A stretch of DNA of 64,000 nt from Ginglymostoma cirratum (GCA_024137785.1 JAHRHZ010000067.1:5130168-5194167); one strand, 5' to 3'; counted from the first letter of the stretch, positions 52,561 through 63,742 are shown. Notes: generated by a model from the letters alone, not told the origin. Translations and numbers: made by a program.

Positions 52561-53487
52561 TGCAACAGAAGAAGCCTCAGAATTTGTTTTTTAACCTGCT
52601 GTAACTGAGAGTTCGTGGCATCTTAACGTTTTTAACTGTCTTTATCATCGCCTCTGTCAGGCATTTCTATGCCTATTCAATTCCTGAGCTCTGCGTGTGT
52701 ATATGTTATTTGCTGTAAGATACTTTCTCAATAACCAGCCACTAGATGGTGTGAGAGACTGGTCAGAATTGCTATCTATTTCCATTATTTCCTCTCTTCC
52801 TGAACTGCTGGTGTAGGTGGAATCACACTGTCATTCTAGGAAAACTTGATGCAAATTGACTGTGTAGACACTGTACAACATTTGAAGAATCTGAGAAGAA
52901 CAAGCAAACTTGGGAACTAGATAAATAATTCTGGGGTAGCAGTGTTAAATCATTGATTTAGGATCAAAAATGATGTGTAAAAGAAGCATGGATGATGTGA
53001 GAAATAAAAACTTGCTCTCATTTTGAGTAGTTGGGATATGGAATGCATACCTCAATGTATTAGAGGCATGTTCACATGGGGGTATTAAAGAAAGCATTGG
53101 ATGATTAGAATAGTTCTATCCATAATGTTAGTGTCTGGGAGAAATAAAGCAAGAGTTTGGCACTAGATAATGCTCATTTGAAGAGCAGAAGTGATGGCCA
53201 AATGGCTTACTTCTGCACTATAACAATTGAGTGCAGGTTGCATTTACTTGTAAATGGTCACTATGTCCAATTTGGACACAAGATCATTGTGTGTATGCCA
53301 GTAACACTGGATATCCAAAGCTGTTGAGTCTTACAATGAGAACTTGTGCTTTGACTGTTGTAAAAAGCTGCAGGTACTTCACATGTGTGAAGCCCCTTGG
53401 AACTTGATCAGAGAGAGGATTTCAAGGAACATCTTCTCTACCTCTCTTTCCATTCTTCAGGATGGGTTTTGGCAGGAAATTTGAGGA

Positions 53488-53675
53488 TTGGACCTTGACA
53501 GCTGATGGTGTTAGCTACTCTTGCTAGGGTTTTATCACCACCCTTTTTGTTTGCAATCCCAGCTCTTCGCAACTGAAGTATTTTCAGCCCTGACTGTTTT
53601 AATGACCACAAAATCCTGGGAGTGGTGTGACAGAAATGGAGATGTGTTGAATTACTTGGAGCAATATTTGTGTAG
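53488..53675 (+). repeat. ~185-bp diverged direct repeat, copy 2
   Basis: See copy 1. Confidence 0.85.
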
Positions 53676-54219
53676 TCACAATATATTAAAAGCTTCAAGC
53701 TCTACAGATTAGTGATTGGGTGCTTTTTTTTGGGGTGGGGTGTTGGTTGAAGCCCCTTTAAATCATCATCCCTTACCTTCACAACTGAGAGAACTTAGTT
53801 TCCTAGTTCATATATCGTTGATCTACCTACTGATTTGATTTTACAGTCACTATTAATTTTCCTGGTCCCCTCATTTCTGCCGGTAATAAGCCATTGCTAA
53901 TAAGAAAAATGTAAAGTTGTCCTATTGATGATCTTGCATGCTTAACAATGTTTTAATATTTATTTTCTGTCATGCTGTCTTTTATGGTCCCCAATTATAA
54001 TGCTAAAAGTTAATGTTGTTTAAAATAATCCATGTATTTGCAGCATAAATGATGAAGGCTTTAAGTGTGGTATATACCCTTTTAAATAAGAGTTTAGATT
54101 TTGAATTAGTGGTACATGGTTTATTTTTGTGGAAGGGTTTAAATATTAACTGTCTGCTTCCAGTGTCATGACTTTAAAAGAGTTTGATTAATTTGTATTT
54201 TTTTAAAAAAAACAGTAAA

Positions 54220-57048
54220 ATCAACTCAAGGTTCAAATTTTATGTCGCAAGCATTCAAAGAAGTTATGACTAGTCTGAGGGATAAGATGATGTCAATTAC
54301 TTTATTCTCAATGTCAAGGTGTGTTGAAAAGATGACATTAAACTTTGAAAACATATTGTCAGGAATGGCCCAATGATTGCAATAAAGGAATTCCCTCATA
54401 ATGGTTTGCAACTGGGGGTGTTCCTTATCAATCTAAAGGATTCAGTCCTTCAGAACTGATATATGGGTTTAAGGCGACTAGTTAAATTCATTTTTTAAAA
54501 ATGGAAAAACTTGAGCTCGGAGCTTATATTTCGCACTTCTTTGAGTTTGACAAAAACTAAACACTAAGCTTGAGAGATGACTAAGAAGGATTTGAAGAGT
54601 GCTCAACAAACGATATAAACTATAACAGATTAAAAAGGTCAAAGTTTGGAATTTTGTTGCTGGAAACAGTGGTATTGCTACCTGTTCACTGGATGTTATC
54701 AAGCTAAAGAGAGCCTTGATGTAAATTATGCAGTGAGTACTCCAGACATGGGTGAGAATCAGTGAGTATGTCATGTTAGTATGTTAAATATGTATGGTGG
54801 CAGGGATGATGCAGAGAAAGTGTATTCATGGTAGTGAACGAAATAAGGAGTGAAACAAAAAAGCTCAGAACAAGTGCAGAATGAATCTTCCAGCAGACTG
54901 TCCTGAAACCAGATGGGTCACAAAGATTCTGTATTGATTATTGCAATGTCTATGTAACCAAAAGTGGACTTGTATCCTATTCCATGATTGGAGGATTGCA
55001 TTAAAAGAATTGGGCATGTGTTATTCATCACCAACTTTGACTTGCTAAGAGGATATTGATGGAGCCAAAGAAATATCAGCATTTTTTTTAAACACAGAAT
55101 GAACTTTCTCAATGCAAAACCATGCTGTTTAGAATAAAAAAGCACCAGCAACATTTCAATGATGAACCACTAAAATAATTGGAGGACTATGTAACTGTGT
55201 GGTTTACATTGATTTGGTTGTATGCAGTCAAACCAGTAAAGAACATTTACATCACTTGACTAAATCATTTGGCTACAAAGAACCAATTTAGTTCCATATC
55301 TGGCTATGTGATCAAAAGGGGTGAAAAAGACTTGTGGCCCACACAGTGGGACAAATTAGGTACCTCCAAAGGAAGAGGCAGTAAAAGCTGTTTCACAATT
55401 TTTCCATACCCAGCTTCAAATGCTACGTTTTGCATTACGTTGACATAAGTGGGTTTGATTGGAAATTTATTTCAAGCTTCAGCACCGTCGTAACACCTTT
55501 GTTGAAAGCAGAAAATTTGAATGGATGCAAGGTCAAGTGCCTTTAACAACTTGAAAATTTTGCTGATAACTGTCCCAGTTTTAGCAGCACTGAATTATGA
55601 GAAACTATTTAAACTGGCTATCAATGCCAGCAACATTGGTGTGGGTGCTACCTTATGCAGGATGACAAGGTCAAGAGTCAAAGAAACTAACCACATGTCA
55701 ATAGAAATATTTGATGGTTATAGAAGAGAAATTGAGCCTACTGTTGATGCTACATAATTTTGAAATATACATCAATCATGTGGAAGAAATTGTTATTTAC
55801 ATTTTATGATTTTGAGGCAACAATTTATGGTTCTTTCAGTTGAGCTTAATCCTCCTGCCATGTAATTTAAAAACTTCTTCATGTGCCTGAAAAGTAAAAC
55901 ATTGAAGTGGTCACTTTAACAAGAACACATTTGTATCACAGCACTGTTTGGTACATGTGCACTTGTGTAAAATGCGGATGCCGTGAAACTCATTGTATGT
56001 TTAATATCAATATATTACTACTATTAATGTGACCAATCATTTTAACCCTATTTCTGATGGGAAATGAAAATTCTTCTAAGAAACACCTCTGTTATTCTTT
56101 GGGCAGAGGTGGGGGAAGCTGAGATGAAAGGTGTTTATTTAGATGTATCAACATTTTTGCATAGAGTTTGGTTAGACTTTCCTGAACCATAACTTTAAAC
56201 TAGTATATGTCAAGGAGCAGATGATTTCAAGGCTTTTTGGAATGTGAAATGTACTTCCTGAGGAAGTGGCGGATGCGGGTGCAATTATAACATTTAAAAG
56301 ACATTTGAATAAGTACACGAATAGGAAAGGTTTGGAGGGATATGGGCCAGGACCAGGCGGGTGAGACTAGTTTAGTTTGGGATTGTGTTTGACATGGACT
56401 GGTTGGACTGAAGGATCTGTTTCTGTGCTGTATGACTCTATTTGGAAGTTTTGGGCACTTGGAAGGAATGCCAACTGAAGTCTGGTGCCAGAAATATGTC
56501 TAGGACACAAAGGAGCTGGCTCAGGTAGGAAAATACAATACCTCCATGAAAGAATATAGGTTGGGGACCTTCCACACTCCAGGAGTATTTGGTTGGAACC
56601 CTGAAGAAACTAAAAGTCTAAGTGTCAGTTGTGTGACTGCTTACAGAAAAGGCTTTACAGCTCTTCTGTCCGAAACTGAAAGGAAATAGTAATGTCAAAC
56701 AGACAGGTTCGAAAGGGAAGGAAAATTTCTCTGGTTTTTGAGCACCTATAAAGAAATGGTGGCGGGAGAGTAAATGGGAATTTGTTTTGTTGTGTGGTTT
56801 GAAATCTTACAAACTATTTAAATAGTCTGGCTTGGTTCCTTTTATTTTCTGTGTAATAAAATTCTGTTTTATTAAAACCAAATGTGTAGCTTTGTATACT
56901 TATGCTCTAATGAAAAAACCAACAAGTTAAATAAGAAAAAAGAAATATGAACTGTCAAGCCAGATTTCATGGAGTCATATAGCGCTGAAACAGGCCCTTT
57001 GGTTGAAATCTGATCTGTTCCGATGTAACATCAGCTGGGATCATAACG
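54220..57048 (+). mobile_element. Decayed Gypsy LTR retrotransposon with Gmr1-type order (INT-RT-RNase H) and probable 3' LTR ~56120-57048
   Basis: QGSNFMSQAFKEVM (54227), GFSPSELIYG (54437), VNYAVSTPD..CHV (integrase); KPDGSQRFCIDY, YPIP*LEDCI, FDLLRGY, APATFQ, VVYID (RT); LLITVPVLAALNYEKLFKLAINASNIGVGATL (RNase H); purine tract ~56100-56118. LTR limits are tentative. Confidence 0.75.
56240..56440 (+). mobile_element. CR1/HER1 3' end inserted in the putative LTR
   Basis: Similar to 27990-28190. Confidence 0.7.
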
Positions 57049-57839
57049 TGTAGATGATCTGATCATGTTTGGCCACTTCAGTTGTGCTCCGTGCCCTTAC
57101 AATAGGAAAGGACAAATAAAGAATAGCCAGGTTGCCTAATCTTGTCACCTACCAGCCAGAAAATAAATGTTGGATCAAGACTAGGTTAAGCTGAGTTAGG
57201 ATGTAGACCACAATCAAATTCCCATCCAGTCTCCCATGAAGGGTGGTCACCACCAATGGGACCATGACTGAAGTACAATCATCACCCCCCGAGATCAAAA
57301 TTGAGGTGTTGGTTCGGTTGTAGGGGAAGGGGTATTAGCAACCGCTAGAAATTAGTTTAAGGCAATAATTTGAGCAGGTGAATTCTGATGGTGAAAATTG
57401 ATAGCCCCATGTTCAACTGAAGCATTTGATCAACTTTTCAACTCTGACTTCAAAGTCAAAGCATTTACAGGATTTGGTTTCCCGGGAAGATGAGACTCAA
57501 TAGATTGAAATGTTCTCATTCAAAGTTCAGTGAGCACTTTGATTATTTTTGTTCAGAAAGAGAATTTGTAGTAAAATAGAAAAAGACTTCATGACAGAAT
57601 TTAAGGATCGGTTACCTTTATAAGTTCATCATCTGTCACAGATATTTTGGAACAATATTGTAAGGTCAGAAATTGTTGCATTCTGGGAGATGTATCTGTG
57701 AGTTTTTTTCTGAAAACACCGATCTCTTTTAGAAGACCATTAATGTTATGGTTCTTTATGTTAAAATAGGGCTATACAAATGTATATATTCTCCTTTCTG
57801 GATCCTATCATCATATTTGTGGCAAGATGAGATGGTCTG

Positions 57840-58301
57840 GGACAAAAACAGAAGTTGCTGGAAAAGCTCAGCAGGTCTGGCAGCATCTGTGAAGAAAAAA
57901 ATCAGAGTTAATGTTTCAGGTCTGGTGAAACAGCTGTGGGAGTTAGTAGGTTTATAGTGTATATTAGTGGCCAGTCTGTCCCCAGACATGGAAACAGATG
58001 TCGAGGAAGGGAGGAGTTGGAGAAAGACCAGGTGAAAGTGAGGGCAGGGTTGAAATTGGAAGCAAAATCGATGAACTGTTTCAATTCTGGACAAGAGAGG
58101 GAAGCAGCACCGCTGATATCATCAATGTATCGGAGAAAGAGTTGTGTGTGTGTGTGTGTGTGTGGGGGAGGGGGGGGCGGGGGGTGGGGGCAGCAGGCAG
58201 GCATAGGACAGGAGCAAGGAATGTTCCACATACACCACGAAGAGACAGGCACAACTGGAGCCCATGCAGGTACCTACAGCCATCCCTCTGACCTGAAGAA
58301 G
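57840..58301 (-). mobile_element. Penelope-like fragment (pLTR piece + RT core) truncated by the virus-like insertion
   Basis: LFLRYIDDISGAASLSCPELKQFIDFASNFNPALTFTW and GMAVGTCMGSSCACLFV are homologous to 37150-37480; contains a (TG)n/G-run expansion at 58143-58190; similarity stops abruptly at ~58301. Confidence 0.85.
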
Positions 58302-58513
58302 CAACAGGGGGTGTGATCGTACCAGCTCTTGGGGCGCATCGCACCTCCCAGCCCCATTTCTCTCACGAGCAAACAAAACTAAACAACGTAGAGACCCCTA
58401 GGGGACGGCCCACCACCCTTGCCAGCCCAGGCTCTCTATGAGGCAGCAGCCTATTAGACGTGCGTCTGACCTATGATATATCGTAGGTATATGCAACGTC
58501 ACAAGCGGCTAAT

Positions 58514-58855
58514 ATGTTTATTGCACGAAACAAGTGTGCGTGTCTTCTGGTGGGGAAGATGTCTACATGTGGAAAGCAGTGTGTTAACGAACACTGGGCA
58601 GTCCACACGGCTCTCCTCCGGAGGGGTGCAATCGATCCCAAGCCTTGTCGAACGTGTGGGATAGGAACACCGTCCGAGCCACGGCCATGTAAGGGCTGCA
58701 GCTGTTATAGGGTCTTACAAAAGCTCCGCGATACTGAGAAGCGGGCTAGAAAACAGTTTGGGCGTGTCCTCGACGAGCTGTGGGCGACCCGAACTTTAAT
58801 TTGGAGAAAGATCTTACATGTGATATATAGCTTACAACACAGTGACGATGGATGA
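58514..58855 (+). CDS. Small Cys-rich basic protein (putative Zn-binding)
   Basis: 113-aa ORF with CAC, TCGKQC, CRTC, CKGC motifs followed by a basic helix; ends overlapping the ATG of the next gene. Confidence 0.5.
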   Translation: MFIARNKCACLLVGKMSTCGKQCVNEHWAVHTALLRRGAIDPKPCRTCGIGTPSEPRPCKGCSCYRVLQKLRDTEKRARKQFGRVLDELWATRTLIWRKILHVIYSLQHSDDG

Positions 58856-61800
58856 ATAATATTGATCAGCTTCTTGCTGAGTGGCAAGTGGAGCCTGAAG
58901 GAGGGTAGCAATCTATCGACCTGGACATCCAGGCCCCTCCCCTATTCCAGATACCCAATGAACCTGGGTTGAGATCTTGAACGATGCCAAGGACGAGTTT
59001 GAAGTTGACGGCGCCACCACGGTCTTCTCTACATGGCAAGTAGAAGCAGAAGACCCACTTGACATCGGTGACGTAGAGGTTGCTGATGGTATTGAGGTCA
59101 GGGTAGGCCGCACGTCCCTGGATGCCCGTATGACAGACGAGAGAGCGACGCAGCTCCCCGGAGAACTTCCAGAGAGCGAGTTTGGCCTGAGAATCAAGTT
59201 CTTGTGTGAGCAGGATGAAGGCGACTGGGTGGTCGAAGATACGTTTGACTCAGTCTAGGCCGAGAGAAAGAAGGGCCAAGGTGTTATTTGAGATGTCTCA
59301 AGCCATTAGCCCAGGAGCCCTGACCAGCATTCTTCTACCAAAACACGTATCCAGTTACAGCAGTGGTCAACGGCCTCTACTCCCTCAGAGACCCAGATCC
59401 TGCAAATCTGGCCCCACTCAGAGATGGCGACCTCAAGTGCGTTGCCCAGAGAGTAGTGGAACCCTTTGAGAGTGCCCTAAGGGGACAGGGCTTCACCCCC
59501 ACCAGGTGACAGAAAATCCAGGACTGGGAGGACAGGGTCCACGATAGGGCGCTACGGTCGACGAGCTGTGGCTGAGCTCGAGAAGATCCTTAAGCGGGTG
59601 ATCATCCTGAAAGACATCGCCGGTGCAGACATCTACAACGGCGGCAACTACCAGGCAAGCAGATGGAAATCTATTGAGCTCATTGTTCACAATGGCCACG
59701 TCTGGCCCAAAGACCTCCACTTCCCCCAGAGTAGGCAGGTCCACATATATGAGGGCGATGTCTGGGAAGCCATCGGACAGGCCATACAAAATAGGCCAAT
59801 CGTGGTCTGGCTCCTTGGTAGCCAAGACAAGCAGCTCAGTGTTGACCATTTCGTCCTGCAGGATGGGTGTACCTACAGGACACAGGAGGCCCACATAAAA
59901 ATCCAAGCGGCCTGTGAAGTCCTGGGAGATGAAACATTAGCCGAAAGGGCCTTTGGAGTTAACCATGTGGCCAGCATGGTTGCCAGAGAACACAACAGCT
60001 GGAAGCCTACGCCGGCCTCTCTTCTAGATGACATTCAGAAGGCTTGCATGGAGCACAGTCACGGCGGTCTATGGAACTCCACGGACTATCATGAGAAAGA
60101 CGTGATCAGCATTGACATGAAAACATGTTACCCTGCCAGTTTCCAAGGGCAAGGCGAGGCTCGACCCTATTTTGAGAGATCTGGTCACCCCACCCACTGG
60201 ATGACACAAATGGCTATCAACGGGCCTCTACCCAGAGAAGACAACCCAACTGGATTCGCCGAAGTAACAAGAGTGGGAGTTCAGACCAGGAGTTCATCCC
60301 GTGATCCCTGCTTGGTTTGGGAAGCACTTTGAGAGCAAGACTGGGCCCAACACCCCTCCTTGCATACCTCATAGAGACGGGCCTCCTGACCCATCTGAAA
60401 GTCAGAGAAGCCCTCATTAGCTTCGACAGGCAAAAAGAAGCGTGACTTCCCCAGGACCGTGACCAGGGGGGCAGCAGCATCGGCAAGTTCACTCAAGGAT
60501 CAAAGGCCGATAAGGCGAGTTAGATTACCTGGTGGGGGACACACTCGAACGTGGTACGCTGGTTGGCGCCCCACTACAGTGCCCAAGGGGCCACATCCTC
60601 AGATACTATGACGGTTCCCAGCCCCAGTACACTTGAGGGTCAACATGCTGGCCTATGCCCACATCAATCTCATCGCCATGTTGCAGCATTTCCACCCCGA
60701 CGAGGCCGTGTGGGTGGCCGCTAACAGCATTTACGTTCAGAAGACAGCCCTGCACAAGCTTCAAGGAATCGAGGCTTACGTAGCGCCCAGGACCAGTGGC
60801 TGCAAGGAGGAATGGTGTGTCTCTCGCCTCAATGGTGAAGAGTATCTCCCGCTAATAGCTCCAGCCCAGTGGCGCGACATGGGTGAACAGCGTCAGAAGA
60901 ACACCACCTACCTCCCCAAGCCAGAATACCACAGCCAAAGAAAAGACGCTCCCCCTCCACAGCGCCTTGCTATAATGACCCCCTCACCCACCACCAGCTG
61001 AGCTATCTCAATGGCGGTGGTGGCTCGGGCAAGACGACGAGAGCGATCAAGCTCTTCAGGGTGAGAGACCCCCTGGTGTCCACCCCAACGCATTGGCTGG
61101 CCAAGGAGATGTGGGCCAGAGGCGTCAAGGCCCAGACCTACCACAGCTTCTTCCGATGGAGTGGTCAGAATGAGTGGATGCCAGACCGAATGGGCCAGAA
61201 GTTCATCCCCCATGTCATCACCTGGGACGAGGTTTGCACAGTCCTACGGCCCATCCTGGAAACATTCCTAGCCTGGCTGGAGCAGCGTGGGGTTCCAGTT
61301 ATCTGCTGCGGTGACCAAGGCTAGCCCCCACCAATACGGGGCGAGATGCCCCATGATTGGCTCCGAAGAGGTTGACAGCCACGTAGTCATCTACTACGAA
61401 GAGCTTGAGGTCAACCATAGAGCCAAGGAGGACACCCTCAAGGCTTTGAAAAGAGCGATTTGTCTGCAAACCAATAAGGTCTAGTGCTACTAAATATGAA
61501 GGGCCCTCCCCAGCTGCCTAGGGTGGGACAGATTCGTGGAGCAGTGGAGTTCCGGTGATCTAATCCTAACCAGCCGCCAAAAAGTCAGAGATAGGACACA
61601 GGAGTTGCTGTTCCAGAGACATAAGGAGCGATACCCAGATACTCCAGTCCCACTCCTCTACCACCCAAAGGTCAGCCGGAAGCAAAATATCATGGTAACA
61701 GTCCCCAGAACAGAGAACCGTGAGGAGCTTGTCCTGAACGACATCGTGGAAGTCACCACTGAGGTTGCAGAGCAGGCCACTGCGTCCCCCCATAGCGACT

Positions 61801-61962
61801 GGCGTCTCGGCTATGCGCTCACAGTCCACTCTTCCCAGGGCCTCATAATCCACGACCCGCAAAAGGTGTGGATAATTGACGACTACCTCCAGTGGGCGAA
61901 CCTGGCCCACCTCGCGGTCTCTAGGGTCGAGTACATGCGCCCGCTCGAACGGGTGACCTGCC
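58848..61962 (+). pseudogene. Family-B DNA polymerase - superfamily-1 helicase fusion gene, frameshifted and 3'-truncated
   Basis: PolB motif A SIDMKTCYPAS (60108-60140), motif B-like SIGKFTQ (~60476), motif C-like AVWVAANSIYV (60705-60737); SF1 motifs GGGGSGKT (61013-61036), TPTH, WDEV, CGDQG*PPP, EVNHRAK, YALTVHSSQG, LAVSRVE. Confidence 0.8.
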
Positions 61963-62107
61963 AGATAGCCTGCTTATTCAATCAAGCCTGAGCCACATCT
62001 TCAGAGACCTTGTTAGCCACTGCCAGTTTCCTAATGGCTGAGATGCCTTTCCAGTAGCCCTTGGGGCTGTAGTATACTTGCGCCAACTTCCATTCATGAC
62101 AATACAT
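61955..62107 (-). pseudogene. N-terminal fragment of a retroviral-type (Polinton-class) integrase
   Basis: MYCHEWKLAQVYYSPKGYWKGISAIRKLAVANKVSEDVAQA*LNKQAIWQV; I recall the YYSP.GYW...WL..Q pattern as the N-terminus of Polinton/Maverick-type integrases; catalytic core absent. Confidence 0.65.
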
Positions 62108-62375
62108 GACAGATGTATTCCAGCAAGGTTATAAGCCTCCAACAGGCTCGCGCACAGTCCTCCAGCAGCTGCCCAGTGGTTGTGCGTAGGTTGGTTGGAC
62201 CCGAGAGCACCATAGCGACGCAGTGAGCTGCCGCAGGCTCATCTTGGTGCCACAATTCCAGTGATTTTGGAGCCATGTCGATCATAGTGTGAGCCAGAGG
62301 TCCGGGGATTTTATGCCTCCGCATGCAGTACCCGACTCCTACCACTGCACAATAGAGTTCTTCAGGGATTCCCAT
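62094..62375 (-). CDS. Hypothetical protein of the virus-like element
   Basis: Part of the 127-aa ORF (MGIPEELYCAVVGVGYCMRRHKIPGPLAHTMIDM...); co-oriented and abutting the integrase start; no recognisable motif. Confidence 0.3.
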   Translation of the reverse strand: MGIPEELYCAVVGVGYCMRRHKIPGPLAHTMIDMAPKSLELWHQDEPAAAHCVAMVLSGPTNLRTTTGQLLEDCARACWRLITLLEYICHVLS

Positions 62376-62494
62376 GATGCTATACACAGGTGCACAAAAA
62401 AGCCAAAAATTGAAAACTCGATCCTCACGACTCCGGTCATGTTGGCGTGCTGCTCCAAACCGCAGCGGGGCGGACAAAACACGGTCTTTTCAGA

Positions 62495-62925
62495 TTACTT
62501 GGCAAGTTTGTAGGCACGAAGGCCCATCATGGCCATCCCCGCGATGATGAAGGCAATCTTGCAGTCCTTTTGGCCCTCTGACAGCGTATAATAGTCTGAA
62601 AGCCGAGGCTCGCGGCCAAGGGGGTCAATTATTTTGCCCATGACCAGGGCGTAACTCGTGGATCGCGGCGTTGACGTCCTGGAAAGTTTGCACGGTGTGG
62701 CCTTGCTGGCGGAGCTCCCCGTTGATCCAATCGAGGCGTTCGGTTCGTTTTCGAGACCATTCGGCCTGCACAGCTTGTAATTGTTCTATGGCTTTATTGT
62801 GGCGCTCACGCTCTGCGTCGGCCTCCGAGCTTCGCAGCATTGAGAAGAGGTAGTTGCTTTCGCTGAAGGCCAGGGCGTTCACGATGGCCACCCACCCCCC
62901 CGACAAACATTGCAATCAAGGCCAC
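62495..62925 (-). pseudogene. Membrane-anchored coiled-coil protein (frameshifted)
   Basis: Reconstructed (V)ALIAMFVGG/AIVNALAFSESNYLFSMLRSSEADAERERHNKAIEQLQAVQAEWSRKRTERLDWIN.../YALVMGKIIDPLGREPRLSDYYTLSEGQKDCKIAFIIAGMAMMGLRAYKLAK*; hydrophobic ends, central coiled coil. Confidence 0.65.
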
Positions 62926-62937
62926 GTTGCTGTTGCC

Positions 62938-63178
62938 ATACTTCATAATTATCTGCAGGTATGATGCCCTGTTTAATTAGCATGTCCTTTGTCGCCATAG
63001 CCAGAGTCACATTGACGACAACTGTGCCAACGTCACGGGGCGTGAAGTCGAGCTTGGAGGCCGGGCTGCCAAGGACCATCTTGCCCAGGCGAGAGTAGCC
63101 CATCGCCAGGCCGGAGACAACGGTGCTGTGGTATAGCACATTGACTAGCATTTTTCCATTGGCGCTAGGAGAAGACAT
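62938..63178 (-). pseudogene. Small hydrophobic protein (~80 aa)
   Basis: MSSPSANGKMLVNVLYHSTVVSGLAMGYSRLGKMVLGSPASKLDFTPRDVGTVVVNVTLAMATKDMLIKQGIIPAD; a 1-nt shift near the end causes read-through. Confidence 0.6.
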
Positions 63179-63209
63179 GTTTCGTCACTTGTTGTTGCAA
63201 CAATAACAC

Positions 63210-63742
63210 TCACTGCATGTAGAAAGGGTCTACTGTATAGGAAGGGTTCGGAGATGGCTTTAATCGCTCAACAGGGGCGGTGCTGTTTAGCAGTGGGTGG
63301 CGGGTGGGCTCGGTTTTTTGCACCTGCGACCCTGCCGTGTGCTGTTGGCCTTGCCGAGACGACTGTAGAAACCACACCGCGCCTGCCACCCCAGTGATCT
63401 AGGGGGTCCAGTCCGTCGACTCTCGTGATGTGGCCTGCTCCACTGCCGCAGGCCACATTTGCGCGGGCGGGCTGGCGTTCTGTTTATCCCCTGCGGCAGC
63501 AGCTATGGGGGGAGATCCTGTGGTTTTTTTCTTGAGGAACTGACTGGCACGAGATAGAGGCCTTAGCCTCTTGAAGCTTGGCCAGGAGGCTCTCCTGCTT
63601 AGCCTTTCTGCCGGCGATCCCGGCCCTCCTTGCGGCCACATTTTTTGCGGTCTTTTTGGCGTGCCGCATTTTTAGAAGTCTGCGGCTCTGGCTCCTGCAG
63701 CAGCGCAGTCACTCTCACCGTCTCTGGGGTCTCTTCTGACAT
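63210..63742 (-). pseudogene. Basic/low-complexity protein with a C-proximal hydrophobic segment (frameshifted)
   Basis: MSEETPETVRVTALLQEPEPQTSKNAARQKD../KNVAARRAGIAGRKAKQESLLAKLQEAKAS../..STDWTP*ITGVAGAVWFLQ...DPFYMQ*. Confidence 0.55.

Noticed and set aside
58848-61962. Helitron (Rep-PIF1 helicase) or host PIF1 retrocopy
   Set aside because: The domain ahead of the helicase shows PolB motifs rather than HUH-Rep motifs, and the neighbours are integrase and virus-like genes.
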